DNA of 64,000 nt from an uncultured Ignavibacteria bacterium (GCA_963724215.1 CAVRTZ010000013.1:14877-78876); one strand, 5' to 3'. Counted from the first letter of the stretch, positions 30,901 to 42,200 are shown. Numbers and translations: made by a program. The notes: a model not told the origin generated them from the sequence alone.

Positions 30901-33762
30901 TCGCTCCAGAACACGTCCCATACCTGGACGGTCGGCGGGACGTACATCGTCACGCTGACGGTGACCAACGCGGCGAACTGCACCGGCGTGTTCGCGGACA
31001 CCATCACCATCTTCCCGCCCGACACGAACTGCTCGGTCTCGCCGCCCTTCACGGCGCCGATCTGCCAGGGCGACTCGGTGATGCTCTCGGCCTCCACCGG
31101 GACGGCGTACCAGTGGCTGCTGAACGGGAACCCGATCCCGCTCGCCACCGGCGCGACGTACTGGGCGAACGCGACGGGCAACTATTCGGTGATCGTCTAC
31201 GACGCGAACGGCTGTCCCTGCACCACCGGGGTCGTGGCCGTGACCGTCAACCCGCCGCCGACGGTCAACCCGACGTCTCAGCCCGGACCGGTGCTCTGCG
31301 GACCGGCGAACGTCAACCTCACGACGTACAACGACCCGACGTACACCTATAACTGGACGTACGTGTCGGGTCCCGGCGCGCCCTTCATGGCGAACACCAA
31401 CACATTCCAGGCGTTCGCCGCGCTCACCGTCCCCGGCACCTACGTCTTCCAGGTCTGGGCGATGGACGGCTTCGGCTGCATGGACAGCGCGACGGTCGCG
31501 GTCCTCGTCCACCCGGTGCCGGCGCCGCAGTTCATCACGCCGTCCGGCAGCACCATGCTCTGCAAGGGCGACTCGGTGACGCTCACGAGTTCGAGCCCGA
31601 CGGGCAACTTCTGGAGCACCGGCGCGACGACGCAGAGCATCACCGTCTACGCCGGAGGCAACTACACCGTGACGGTCACCGACGCGAACGGCTGCACCAC
31701 GACCGCGAGCCTCACGGTGACGATGTCGATCGCCGACTTCAGCCTCTATCCGTTCGGGTGCGACACGCTCTGCGACTCCGCGTGGATCCCCGGGCCGATC
31801 GGGCCGTTCCTCGGCTACTACAGCTACCAGTGGCAGCTGAACAACGTCAACATCCCGCCGGCCAACGGCACGAACCAGCAGCTCCTGGCGACGCAGAGCG
31901 GCATCTACACGCTGATCCTGACGGGCCCCGGCCCTGCGTTCTGCAAGGACACCTCCGGCAACTATAACATGACCATCGACAGCTGCGACACCGCGGGCTG
32001 CGGGGTCAAGATCTGCGGCCGGAAGTGGTGGGACAAGAACGGCGACCATAAGTTCAACTACGGCACGGAGACCGGGATCCCGAACTGGAAGTTCTGCCTG
32101 GTGCGGTGCGACGAGAACGGCAGACCGACCAAGGACACCGTCGCGTGCACGACGACGGATTCCCTCGGGTTCTACTGCTTCGAGAACATCTGCGCCGGTT
32201 GTTACGTGATCGTCGAGGAGCACAAACCCGGATGGGCGCAGACGTGGCCCGTGAGCCCGCCGTGGTACACCATCACGGTCGGCGACACCGGGACCTTCAT
32301 GGGCTTCGACTTCGGCAACAAGTGGAAGAAGCTGAGGCTCTGGTCCACGAAGGACACGATCGGCGTCCCGATCGACCCGGTGCTGCCGGGCGACGTGGTC
32401 CTCCCGGACAACCAGCCGTGGCCGTACATCGTGGAGCATTCGACCAACGACGGCTCGAGCTGGACGACGGTCTTCACGGGCGTGGTGAACGACAACTCGG
32501 ACATCATCCCGGGCTTCCTGCCGGGTACGTACCGCGTCACGCGCCAGAAGGTCGCCAACTACGTGTCCGACCGGATCTACCTGAACGACACGATGGTGTC
32601 CGACGGGACGAACAACGTGGTGATCATCAACTTCCCCGACTCGTCCCACGGCGCGTCGATCCTGTTCCTGAACGTCTACCAGCCCGACACCACCGTGGGC
32701 TTCAGGACGTTCACCGCCGACCAGCTGGCCGGCGACGAGCAGAAGAAGCCGGTGAAGAGGGCGAAGAAGAACAAGCCCGTCCTCATGCCGAACACCGCGA
32801 ACGTCATCGACGAAATCCTCAAGCAGGGCTTCGCGGTGGTGGTGGGCGTCCCCGACGAGCTGAACGACGCGGGCAAGATCCTGCCGTACCTCCTGCCGGG
32901 CAAGCAGGCGAACGTGTTCAAGACGTTCAACAACAAGAGCGTCCGGCACACCGGCACGCCGCACGGCCTCGACTTCGACGTGAAGGGCAAGCCGATCATG
33001 AAGCGTCAGAAGGTGGTCCTGCCGACGAAGCACAACAACCGCTTCCTGGCGAACCTGCTGGCGCTGAAGATCAACATCGCCGCGTCGGACGCCGGGAAGA
33101 CCCCGGTGGGCTTCGGCGACCTTGTCTACCTCGATACGCAGAACTCGCCGTGGTTCACGGGCCAGGGGACCTGGACGGTGGATGAGATCGCGGAAATGGC
33201 CGACGACGCCCTGACCAACTGGGCGGGCGTCCCGTACCAGAAATACGAGGACATCAACACGGTGATGGAGCTGATCAACGCGTCGTTCGCGGATTCGCTG
33301 CCGATCGGTCCGGAGGACACCACCTCCTGGCTGGGCGGCGCGAAACTGGCCCTCAACGGGGTCCGCCCGCTGAGCGAGGTGCCGATCTTCATCGACATCG
33401 ACGGCGCGACGGCGCCCAGGAACATCCATTACCTGAGCGAGTTCTCGATCCAGCCGGAGATCTTCCTGCTCGAACAGAACTATCCGAACCCCTTCAACCC
33501 GACCACGACGATCAGGTTCACGCTCGACGAACCGGCGGTCGTGACGCTGAAGGTGTTCACGATGGTCGGTGAGGAGATCGCGACCCTCACGCAGAACGAG
33601 CACCTGGACGAGGGATCGTGGGATTATGACTTCGACGCGAAGAAGCTTTCGTCCGGGGTCTACATCTACCAGCTGACGGTGCAGACGACGGCCGAGGACG
33701 AAGAGGAGGGCGGCGCGCCGAAGGTGTTCAAGGAAGTGAAGAAGATGTTGCTGCTGAAGTAA
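27901..33762 (+). CDS. Giant (1953 aa) cell-surface protein: PKD and Cys-rich Ig-like repeats, SdrD-B/Cna-B-like domain, T9SS C-terminal sorting domain
   Basis: Signal peptide MKHLYSLLVAVVVLAAIPLLPVFA. PKD signatures W.FGDGS..N.SH.Y..G.Y.V.L occur four times. There are many C..C.G....Y.....Y.W..GG Ig-like units. ..ICGRKWWDKNGDHKFN..GIPNWKF.. resembles an SdrD-B domain. The end is [32 protein letters not shown]. Confidence 0.85.
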   Translation: MKHLYSLLVAVVVLAAIPLLPVFAQDCPPDSIPNPGIIGTFSPDTTCIDKGDNPAGGTPDRPHCLYACELHYATFCTALNPGNTYTWSVGGGVITGGQGTNCVTVLWGPAGNGTISVTEMNPDSCVGTDSTCVKIIASPVAAFTSSVNACLQTPISFMNNSTGAVSYQWNFGDGSPIVNTFNASHAYQNPGSYTVTLIAFNQCGCSDTATGVVNISSDPGPVIECPATVCAFDQECYSTPSGCPTAVYTWIVTGGTPIGPTNTSSLCVQWGAGPVGTVSLIITGCGGTCPDTTTAIVPIVSPTANIAGPNPVCIGAIGTYTLPTWPGVYYNWSLSGGGTIVSGLNTQALTIQWGLSPGNYVLSCYWNDTTLGCSGYDSIIVKVRPEWFISGATGPFCLGDSTVYSTPGPANWTVSGGNASAGNGTPNFTVYWSVAGTHTVTATTLTPGQFCNPVDSLTATVILVPTALSLIGPASACASIPYQYTATASGPGYTFLWSVTGGGTIIGSPTANPVTVMWSAPGTISVQQVQTSPPQCPSAPISMNVGLFTVSTITGPDTVCMDQAAVFSAGAPNPFIDYQWSIEDGLGNPSSAGSITGGQGTNQINVLWHGPGGNAVVVLKVCNGTINHPVVILPKPTPTILVSGTVCAVGGGTATLSLSSPYASYVWFDATTGPTTTVTAPGTYSVTVTNANGCTASATVTVAAAPAPIASISTPDPTAYCLPASISTTFYALVGTGYSYTWYPGAIAGGPTFTATGTGTYYVVVTGPNGCMATSNQITITAATCPPGSCTPQAYTLAIADTAQNPNCNLINFGAISTNVSNFNWSFGDGGVAGNVVNTSHLYTTAGYYTVSLCGDVPEALPGTGVCPVCTSISVAIPVASDFDTLVSCDTVYFTEMATNLPANTITGYSWSFPGGSPSAFSGPVPPPVYYATSGPHLVTLTVTDGACQASITKSVTTNPAPSGTFTMPPTACAGSNIPLNGIGAGITSWAWNFGDASTSSLQNTSHTWTVGGTYIVTLTVTNAANCTGVFADTITIFPPDTNCSVSPPFTAPICQGDSVMLSASTGTAYQWLLNGNPIPLATGATYWANATGNYSVIVYDANGCPCTTGVVAVTVNPPPTVNPTSQPGPVLCGPANVNLTTYNDPTYTYNWTYVSGPGAPFMANTNTFQAFAALTVPGTYVFQVWAMDGFGCMDSATVAVLVHPVPAPQFITPSGSTMLCKGDSVTLTSSSPTGNFWSTGATTQSITVYAGGNYTVTVTDANGCTTTASLTVTMSIADFSLYPFGCDTLCDSAWIPGPIGPFLGYYSYQWQLNNVNIPPANGTNQQLLATQSGIYTLILTGPGPAFCKDTSGNYNMTIDSCDTAGCGVKICGRKWWDKNGDHKFNYGTETGIPNWKFCLVRCDENGRPTKDTVACTTTDSLGFYCFENICAGCYVIVEEHKPGWAQTWPVSPPWYTITVGDTGTFMGFDFGNKWKKLRLWSTKDTIGVPIDPVLPGDVVLPDNQPWPYIVEHSTNDGSSWTTVFTGVVNDNSDIIPGFLPGTYRVTRQKVANYVSDRIYLNDTMVSDGTNNVVIINFPDSSHGASILFLNVYQPDTTVGFRTFTADQLAGDEQKKPVKRAKKNKPVLMPNTANVIDEILKQGFAVVVGVPDELNDAGKILPYLLPGKQANVFKTFNNKSVRHTGTPHGLDFDVKGKPIMKRQKVVLPTKHNNRFLANLLALKINIAASDAGKTPVGFGDLVYLDTQNSPWFTGQGTWTVDEIAEMADDALTNWAGVPYQKYEDINTVMELINASFADSLPIGPEDTTSWLGGAKLALNGVRPLSEVPIFIDIDGATAPRNIHYLSEFSIQPEIFLLEQNYPNPFNPTTTIRFTLDEPAVVTLKVFTMVGEEIATLTQNEHLDEGSWDYDFDAKKLSSGVYIYQLTVQTTAEDEEEGGAPKVFKEVKKMLLLK

Positions 33763-33877
33763 GCGCCGCTGCCTGAATCCCCGCAGTGCCGTTCACCCGG
33801 CGCGACGCGGGGGAAGAAAGCGGGTGCTGCATCCCGGCGTTTCGAGAGGAAACGTCCGGGGCCGGGGTTTCCCGAAC

Positions 33878-33910
33878 GAGGGGTCCGTCCAACGGACCCC
33901 TCTTTTTTTT
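33878..33910 (+). terminator. Rho-independent terminator after the adhesin gene
   Basis: GAGGGGTCCG-tccaa-CGGACCCCTC followed by T8. Confidence 0.8.
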
Positions 33911-34028
33911 GACATCCGCGCCGAATTATTGTATTTTAGCGCCACAGGGCAGCAGCGTACCCGGTCCATCCCCGGAGCGGGTCTGTACGACATCGCATCC
34001 TAAACAAGCATTCATCGCGGAGACAATC

Positions 34029-35614
34029 ATGGCAAAGGACAGGAATAAAAAACGGAAGCTCACGACGGCGTCCGGAAAGCCGTACGCCGAACACGAGAAC
34101 AGCATGACCGTCGGTCCCCGCGGGCCGATACTGTTGCAGGACTTCATCCTGCACGAGAAGATGGCGCACTTCAACCGGGAGAGGATCCCCGAGCGGGTGG
34201 TGCACGCCAAGGGCACCGGGGCGTTCGGGACGCTCACCGTCACGAACGACATCACGAAATACACGAAGGCGAAGCTCTTCAGCAGGATCGGCAACACCTG
34301 CCGGGTCCTGGTGCGCTTCTCCACCGTCGGCGGCGAAAAGGGGAGCGCGGACGCCGAGCGCGACCCGCGCGGCTTCGCGATCAAGCTCTACACCGAGGAC
34401 GGCAACTGGGACCTCGTGGGGAACAACACGCCGGTCTTTTTCATCAAGGACCCGAAGAAGTTCGACGATTTCATCCACACGCAGAAGCGCGACCCGCGGA
34501 ACAACTGCAAGAGCCCCACGATGATGTGGGACTTCTGGAGCCTCAACCCCGAGTCGCTCCACCAGGTGCTCATCCTGATGAGCGACAGGGGGACCCCCGC
34601 GAGCTACCGCAACATGCACGGATTCGGCTCGCACACGTTCTCGCATGATCAACGCGAATGATGAGAAAGTCTGGGTGAAGTTCCATTTCAAAACGGCGCA
34701 GGGCATCAAGAACTTCACCGACGCGGAGGCCGCGGCGATGAAGTCGAAGGACCCCGACCACGCCCAGCGCGACCTGGTCGCCGCCATCGACCGGCGGCGA
34801 CTTCCCGAAATGGAACCTGAAGATCCAGGTGATGAGCGACGCGCAGGCGAAGAAGTTCCCCTGGAACCCCTTCGACCTCACGAAAATCTGGCCGCACGCC
34901 GGTTTCCCGCTGATCGACGTCGGCGTGATGGAGCTGAACGAGGTGCCGGAGAACTACTTCGCGGACGTGGAGCAGGCGGCGTTCGCCCCGGCGCACGTGG
35001 TGGACGGCATCGGCTACTCGCCGGACAAGATGCTCCAGGGGCGGCTGCTCTCGTACCCCGACGCGCACCGGTACCGGCTCGGCGTGAACTACGAGCAGAT
35101 CCCGGTGAACAAGTGCCCGTTCCACGTCGCCAATTACCAGCGCGACGGCTTCATGCGCGTCGACGGGAACAGCGGCGGCGATCCCAATTACCGCCCGAAC
35201 TCCTTCGACGATATCCATGAAGATCCCTCGTACAAGGAGCCGCCGATGAAGCTCGACTCGATGGTCGCCGACTGGTTCGACCGGAACGAGAACGACGACG
35301 ACCACTTCACGCAGCCGGGGAACCTCTTCCGGAAGGCGATGAGCGCGCAGGACCGCAGGAACACGATTTCGAACATCGTGGGCGCGATGAGCGGGATCTC
35401 GGGGCCGAAGCGGAACGAGATCATCAGCCGGCAGGTCGCCCTCTGGACGAAGGTGGACAAATCGCTGGGCACCGCCGTCGCTGCGGGGCTGGGGCTGAAG
35501 GGCGGCGCGACGATCACTGTCCGCGTGATGAAGTACGTCGATAAGGGGAAGAACGGCGCGGCGAAACGTCCCGTGAAAGCGGCCGCGAAACCGAGGAAAA
35601 AGGGACGAAGGTAA
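34029..35614 (+). pseudogene. Monofunctional haem catalase, 2 frameshifts as assembled (about 34648 and 34797)
   Basis: ..[41 protein letters not shown].. is in ORF 33786..34661, from ATG 34029. ..[16 protein letters not shown].. is in ORF 34645..35220. ..KWNLKIQVMSDAQAKKFPWNPFDLTK..RLLSYPDAHRYRLG.. is in the frame of ORF 34829..35614. Removing the C in TTCTCG[C]ATGATC restores SHTFSMINAN. There is an unusual K/R-rich tail of about 40 aa. Confidence 0.85.
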
Positions 35615-35717
35615 CCCGTATCTCCCGTATCCACGCATCACCGACGATGAACCCCGGCGGGGTCTCCCGCCGGGGTTCGTCCGTCGTATCCCTCGCATAC
35701 CATCCAGGAACCTCGGC

Positions 35718-36356
35718 ATGACCTACGAAGAGATATTCATCAACAACCGGAAGTGGGCGGCGTCGAAAAAACGCGGCGACGGCGAGTTTTTCCGGAAGCT
35801 GGCGTCCGGGCAGCGGCCGGAGTTCCTGTTCATCGGGTGCAGCGACAGCAGGGTGACGGCCGAAGAGATGATGGGTGCGGGACCGGGGGACATCTTCATC
35901 CATCGGAACATCGCCAACCTCGTCCCCAACAACGACCTCTGTTCCTCCGCGGTGGTCGAATATTCGATAAAACAGCTGGCAGTGAAACACATCATCGTCT
36001 GCGGCCATTATGTCTGCGGGGGAGTGAAGGCCGCCATGGAGGCGAAAGACCTCGGCATCCTCAATCCCTGGCTGAGGAACATCCGCGACGTCTACCGGCT
36101 GCACCTCGCGGAGCTCCGCGCGATCGCCGGCGAAGAGGCGCGGTACGACCGGCTGGTGGAATTGAATATCCAGGAACAGTGCCTGAACGTCATCAAGATG
36201 GCGGTCTGGCAGAGGAGTTTCCTGGAAACGGGCGGCCCGAAGATCCACGGCTGGGTGTTCGACGTGAAATCCGGCAACCTGGTCGACCTGAAGATCGATT
36301 TTCAGAGTCTGCTCGGCTCGATCCGGGAAATCTACGACCTGGGGACGACCAGCTAG
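35718..36356 (+). CDS. Beta-class carbonic anhydrase
   Basis: Zn-ligand motifs FIGCSDSR and CGHYVCGG. Full-length colinear beta-CA pattern. Confidence 0.85.
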   Translation: MTYEEIFINNRKWAASKKRGDGEFFRKLASGQRPEFLFIGCSDSRVTAEEMMGAGPGDIFIHRNIANLVPNNDLCSSAVVEYSIKQLAVKHIIVCGHYVCGGVKAAMEAKDLGILNPWLRNIRDVYRLHLAELRAIAGEEARYDRLVELNIQEQCLNVIKMAVWQRSFLETGGPKIHGWVFDVKSGNLVDLKIDFQSLLGSIREIYDLGTTS

Positions 36357-36375
36357 CGCCGCCGTTCGGCCCCCG

Positions 36376-36463
36376 CGGGCCCGCCAACCCCGCAGACCCA
36401 GCCAACTCCGCGGGCCCGCCAACCCCGCAGACCCAGCCAACTCCGCGGACCCCGCCAACCCCG
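36376..36463. repeat. 35-bp GC-rich tandem repeat, 2.5 copies, intergenic
   Basis: cgggcccgccaaccccgcagacccagccaactccg occurs at 36376 and again identically at 36411. A degenerate partial third copy starts at 36446. Confidence 0.85.
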
Positions 36464-36559
36464 TCACACCCGGGCTTGATTCTCTTCGAAAGTATCTCGT
36501 TCTTGAGGGATCCCGCGCCGGGTCCCCGGGATCCACATTCAATCCATCCAGGAGGTCGT

Positions 36560-39183
36560 ATGGCAATCAAGGCACCTCGTGTGGCCACTGTTCTTTCGCT
36601 CCTCATCCTTCTCCCCGCCATCCTGCCCGCCCAATGGGCGCAATCCAACGGTCCCTACGGGGGCTACGGTTACGCTCTCACGGCGAACGGTCCGTATGTC
36701 TTCGCCGGCACGCACGGCGGCGGGGCGTTCCGTTCGTCGGACGACGGGCTCAGCTGGACGAAGGTGAACTCGGGATTCACCACGCCCCACGTCTACGATT
36801 TTCTCGTCTCCGGCGCCGACCTGTTCGCGGCGAGTCCCGGAGGGGGAGGAGTCTACCTCTCGACCGATGACGGCACGACCTGGTCGCCGAGGAACTCCGG
36901 CCTCTACAACACGGAGGTCTACTCCCTGGCCCGGATCGACACGAACCTCTTCGCCGGGACGATGTCGAACGGCGGCGTGTTCCGTTCCACCGACGACGGG
37001 GCGAGCTGGAATTCCGCCAGTTTCGGACTGGGCGCCATGTCCGTGTGGGCGCTCGCCGTGGACGGCTCGAACCTCCTCGCGGGGACGTACGGGGGCGGCG
37101 CGTACCTCTCGACGGACCTCGGCGCGACCTGGGTCGAGTCGGATTCCGGCATCACCAACCCCTACGTCGAGGAATTCGCCGTCACCGGCGCGGGAATTTT
37201 TGCCGGCACGTTCGGCGCCGGCGTGTTCCTCTCGACCGACAACGGGGCCCACTGGAGCACGGCCAGCAACGGCCTGACGGACCTCTACCTGCGGGACCTG
37301 TACGCCGACGGATCGAACGTGTGGGCCGCGTGCGACAAGGGGATATTCCTGACCATCGACAACGGCGCGAACTGGCAGCCGATGAACAACGGGATCGGCA
37401 ACGTCAACGTGCGTTCGATCGTGCAGGAGGGGGGGCTGGCTCTTCGCCGGGACGAACGGCGGCGATTTCTACCGTTCCTCGGATGACGGCGCAAGCTGGA
37501 CGGCGGCGGACGACGGCATCATCAACACGTCCGTCGTCTCGTTCGGGAGGCTCGGCCCGGACCTCTTCGCGGGGACGGACGGGGCGGGGGCGTTTCTCTC
37601 GACCGATAACGGGGAGAACTGGACGGGCGTCAACAACGGGTTGACGCAGTCGAACGTCCGGGCGTTTGCGGCGCAGGACTCCACGATCTACGCCGGGACG
37701 TACAAGGGGGTGTTCCTCTCGACCGATCACGGCGGCAGCTGGTCGGACGTCAGCGCGGGGATGACCTACAAGTTCGTGCTCAGCATGGCGGGCAGGGAGA
37801 CCAGCGTCTTCGCGGGCACGTCCGGCGGCGTCCAGCGCTCGACGGACAACGGGGTCACCTGGAACGTGATCAACGCCGGGCTCACGAACCCGAACGTCTA
37901 CGCGCTCCACGTCAGCGGGCCGGACCTCTTCGCCGGGACCTCGGGCGGGGGCGTCTTCCGCTCCACCGACGACGGCGCCAACTGGGAGGAGGTCAACGGC
38001 GGGCTGACGAACAACGTCGTCTTCGCGATGACTTCCGTCGTCACCGGCGGCGGTGACACGGCCCTCTTTTGCGGGACGTCCGGCAGCGGTGTTTTCCGGT
38101 CGACCGACCGCGGTGACAACTGGACCCCGGTGAACAACGGCCTGGGGCTCAACTTCCTCGGCACGCTGACGACCGTCGGATCGAACGTCTTCGCGGGCGG
38201 CCCGGTGAACGGCGCCTACGTCTCCACGGATTTCGGGGACAGCTGGTCGCCGGTGAACACGGGATTGACGAGCATGTCGGTCAACGCGCTCGCGCCCGGG
38301 CCGAATCCGGCGCTTGTCGGGAGCCTCGTCGCGGGGACGCTCTACGGGGGCGCGTGGCAGCGACCGTTGTGGCAGATGGTCCTCGTGGACACGGGGTACG
38401 ACGTCAAGAAAGGATGGAACATCGTCTCCCTTCCGTTGAGCGTGGACGACCCGCGGGCGTCGGAAGTGTTCCCGTCGGCGATTTCACCGGCGTTCGAATT
38501 CGAGGCAAGCTACGTCGAGCGGGATTCTCTGCGGGCGGGAACCGGCTACTGGTTGAAGTTCGACCATGACCACAGGATCCCCGATTTCCGGCGACAGCGT
38601 CACCGTCGATTCCATCGACGTGGTGGAGGGATGGAACCTCATCGGGTCGATCAGTCACCCGGTCCCGACGGCGGAGCATCACCGCCGACCAGCCCGGCAC
38701 CGTCACGTCGAATTTCTTCGGATACGACGGCGGATATTTCGTGACCGATACGATCAGGCCCGGCCGGGGGGTACTGGGTGAAATCGGGCAGGGACGGGAC
38801 GCTGTATCTCTCCGCTTCCGGAAACGTGCCGGGGACGGTCCCCGTCAGGATCGTGCCGACGGACGAGTTGCCTCCCCCTCCGCCCTCCGGATCCACGGCA
38901 TCGACGGGGGTACCGCCGGCGTCGTTCGCGCTCGGGCAGAACTATCCCAATCCGTTCAACCCGTCGACGGTCATCAGGTACGAACTCCCCGAGGCTGCGA
39001 ACGTCTCCCTGATCGTCTATGACGTCCTGGGACGTGAGGTCGGGCAGGGTCGTGGATGGATTCAAAGCCGCCGGGTCCTACGACGCGGCCTTCGACGCGC
39101 GCGGGCTGACGAGTGGGGTCTATATCTACCGCCTCCAGGCGGGACGGTATCACGAGGTGAGGAAGATGGTGGTGTTGAAATAG
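36560..39183 (+). pseudogene. BNR-like beta-propeller protein + GWN/GYWxK module + T9SS C-terminal domain, about 5 frameshifts as assembled
   Basis: AGGAGG lies upstream of ATG 36560. Signal peptide MAIKAPRVATVLSLLILLPAILPAQW. More than 12 blades of type [FY][RL]S[ST]D.G..W. The frame changes near 37435, 38580, 38675, 38765 and 39045 (pieces in ORFs 35753..37486, 37641..38744, 38566..38781 and 38778..39338). The end is ..[18 protein letters not shown].. | ..[22 protein letters not shown]. Confidence 0.75.
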
Positions 39184-39209
39184 AGCCATCCGGACAATCC
39201 TTTCGTCCC

Positions 39210-39250
39210 AAAAAAAAGGGGCAGCCACGGTCGTGTGGTTGCCCCTTTTC
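39210..39250. terminator. Bidirectional rho-independent terminator between convergent genes
   Basis: A8-GGGGCAGCCAC-loop-GTGGTTGCCCC-T4. Confidence 0.7.
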
Positions 39251-39288
39251 AGTTACCGGTTCCGGTCGCGGGCGGGGAAAGGGTGAAA

Positions 39289-42200
39289 CTATTTCCCCGC
39301 GTTCTCCTTCTCCCACTCCTCGCGGCTCAACGGCCTGACGGCGTCCAGCTTGCGTTCGGCGAGCGCTTCGTTGATCCCGGGGAGCTCCTTCGCGGCCCAG
39401 TCGTCGAAGTCCTTCGCGACGTCGGCCAGCTCGCGGCCGAGGGCCTCGGTCCGCTCCACCTGCGCGCGTGACGGCCGGCCCTCGAAATTGTTGACGTTGC
39501 CGTAGAGGTCGGCCATGAATTCCCTCAGCCGTTCCTCGCCGGTGATCATCCCGCCCTCCTTGGTCGCGACGATCTTCCTGCGGACGTCGTCCGCCTCCGT
39601 CGACGCGTTTCGCAGGCGCTTCGCGAGGTCCTCGTCGGCGCCGGCGGCCCGCTGTTCCAGCGCGCCGCGCACACCGTTGATCTTGTCGACGAGATAGGTC
39701 ATCTCGCCCAGCATCCCGTGGATTTTCATCGTGAGGTCGAACTGGGCCCGGCGCTCATCGGCCGTGTACTTCGACCGGGGATCGGGGAGGACGTTCAGCG
39801 TGGTCGTGTACACCGACTTGTCCTTCGTCATCCGCACGGTGTACGTCCCGGGGAGGAGACGGGGACCGGTGGCGGCGCCGAACGCCGCGGTCGCGGCGGA
39901 CGGCACGCGCGGCGGCTTCACCCGCATCGGCCAGCCGGTGCGGTTGAGGCCGCGGCGCTTGCTGCTCGGCACGGTCCCGAGCACCGTGCCCGACTGGTCG
40001 AGCAGTTCGATCTTCAGGTCGCCGAAGATGTGCCGCTTCTTCTGGTAGTAGGTGATCTGCGCGTCGTCGGGCGGATTCGGGCCGTTGAAGACGTTGTCCC
40101 CCTCCGCCCAGCCGCCGAAGGCGTTGATCTCCTGCACCGTCGGGCGCGCCGCCACGAACGCCGCCTCGCTCGAGAGGACCTCCGGCGTCAGGCCGCGCAG
40201 GGGGGTGATGTCGTCGATGATCCAGATGCCCCGGCCGTGCGTGGCGATCACCAGGTCGTGGTCGCGGGGATGGACGACCAGGTCGTGGACGGCGACGCTC
40301 GGGAATTCGCCGCCCTTGTACTGCGCCCACTGCTTCCCGCCGTCGATCGTAGATCCAGAGGCCGAATTCCGTCCCCGCGAAGAGCAGGTCTTTGTTCACG
40401 AGGTCCTCCTTGATGACGTGGGCGTAGCCGCGCACCGGCGATTCCGGCGCGACGAGCGGCTCCCACGTCTTGCCGAAGTCGGTCGTGCGGTAGGCGTACG
40501 GCTTCATGTCGCCCGAGCGGTGCATGTCGATCGTCACGTACGCCGTCCCTTCGGCGAAGTGTCCGGCTTCGACCGACGAGACCCAGGCGTCCTTCGGCAG
40601 CCCCTTGATGTTCCCGGACGACGTTCGTCCACTTCTTCCCGCCGTCGCGCGTCACCTGGACGTTGCCGTCGTCGGTCCCCACCCAGATGACCTGCGGGTC
40701 CACCGGTCGATTCGCAGATATCGTAGATCGTGGTGTGCATCTCGGCCGCCGAGTTGTCGACCGTGACGCCGCCCGACTGCTCCTGCTTCTGTTTCTCCGG
40801 GTCGTTGGTGGTGAGGTCGGGAGAGATGCGGTCCCAGGACTGCCCGTGGTCGGTCGACCGGAAGAGGAACTGCGCGCCGATGTAGAGCGTGTTCTTGTCC
40901 GTGCGGCTGATGTGGATCGGGGTGTTCCAGTGGAACCGGAGCTTCCCCTCCTTGTAATCGGGCAGGGGCTTGATGCTCCTGACCTCGTGGGTCTTCCGGT
41001 TCACCCGCGCCGATTTCGCCCCCCTGCGCCTCGGCGTAGAGGTAGTCGTGGTCGGTCGGGTCGGCGAACATCCAGAAGCCGTCGCCGCCGTACATGTTCT
41101 CCCACCGCGCGTTGCCGATGCCCCCGGGATAGCGCGAGACGCCCACCCAGGAGCTGTTGTCCTGCAGGCCGCCGTAGACGTTGTACGGCGTGTCCATGTC
41201 GGCGCTGACGTGATAGAACTGCGAGATCGGGAGGGTCATGCACATCACCCAGTTGTTCCCGGCGTCGTACGAGATCGTAGAGCCCGCCGTCGTCGCCGGT
41301 GATGATGTTGTCGGAGTTCTTCGGGTCGATCCAGACGTCGTGGAAGTCGCCGTGGGCCGAGCCGCCGATCGCCGCTGAAGCGTTTTGCCGCCGTCGTTGC
41401 TCACGATCAGGCCGCCGTCCGTCTTGTAGACTTTGTTCTGGTCGTTCGGGTCGACGATCAGGTTGGCGAAGTAGAACGGACGCCAGACCATGTTCTGGCT
41501 CCGGTCGAGCGCCTGCCAGGTCATCCCGCCGTCATCGGACCGGTAGAGGCCGTTCTTCGGCGGCTCCGCCTCGATGAAGGCGTAGACGACGGAGGACTTC
41601 GACGGTGCGACCGCCACCGCCACGCGGCCCCACGGCTTCGACGGGAGGCCCTTCGCGCTTTGTCGTTCAGTTCGGTCCAGTGGCGCCGCCGTCGGTGGTC
41701 TTGAACAGCCCGCTGCCGCTGGGGGCGTCGGGCCGTCTCCGCCGGAACGGAACGTCCATCCCTTGCGCCGGAAATCCCACATCCCGGCGTAGAGCGTCTT
41801 CGGGTTCTTCGGGTCCATCGCGATCATCGAGCTGCCGGTCGACGGATTCGCGCCCCTTGAGCACCTTCGTCCAGGTCGTCGCCGGCGTCGGTCGTCTTGT
41901 AGACGCCCCGCTCGTCGCTGTCGCTCCAGAGCTTGCCGGTCACCGCGGCGTAGACGGTCTTCGGGTCCGTCGGGTCGACCAGGATCTTCGCGATCCGCTC
42001 CGACTCCTTCAGGCCCATGTTCGTCCAGTTTTCGCCGCCGTCGGTCGACGGTAGATGCCGTCGCCGATCGAGACGCTGTTGCGGACCCAGCTCTCGCCGG
42101 TCCCGGCCCAGACGATCTTCGGGTTCGTCGGGTCGACGGTGATCGCGCCAATCGACTGCACCGGTTGCTTGTCGAACACCGGCTTGAACGTCGTGCCGCC

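Noticed and set aside
29422-33603. 1393-aa ORF antisense to the adhesin gene
   Set aside because: R/G/D/P/H-rich low-complexity translation with no motifs. It lies entirely inside a well-supported plus-strand gene. This is a typical shadow ORF of high-GC DNA.
36376-36463. CRISPR array
   Set aside because: The 35-bp units are directly adjacent with no spacers. There are only 2.5 copies and no cas genes in the window.
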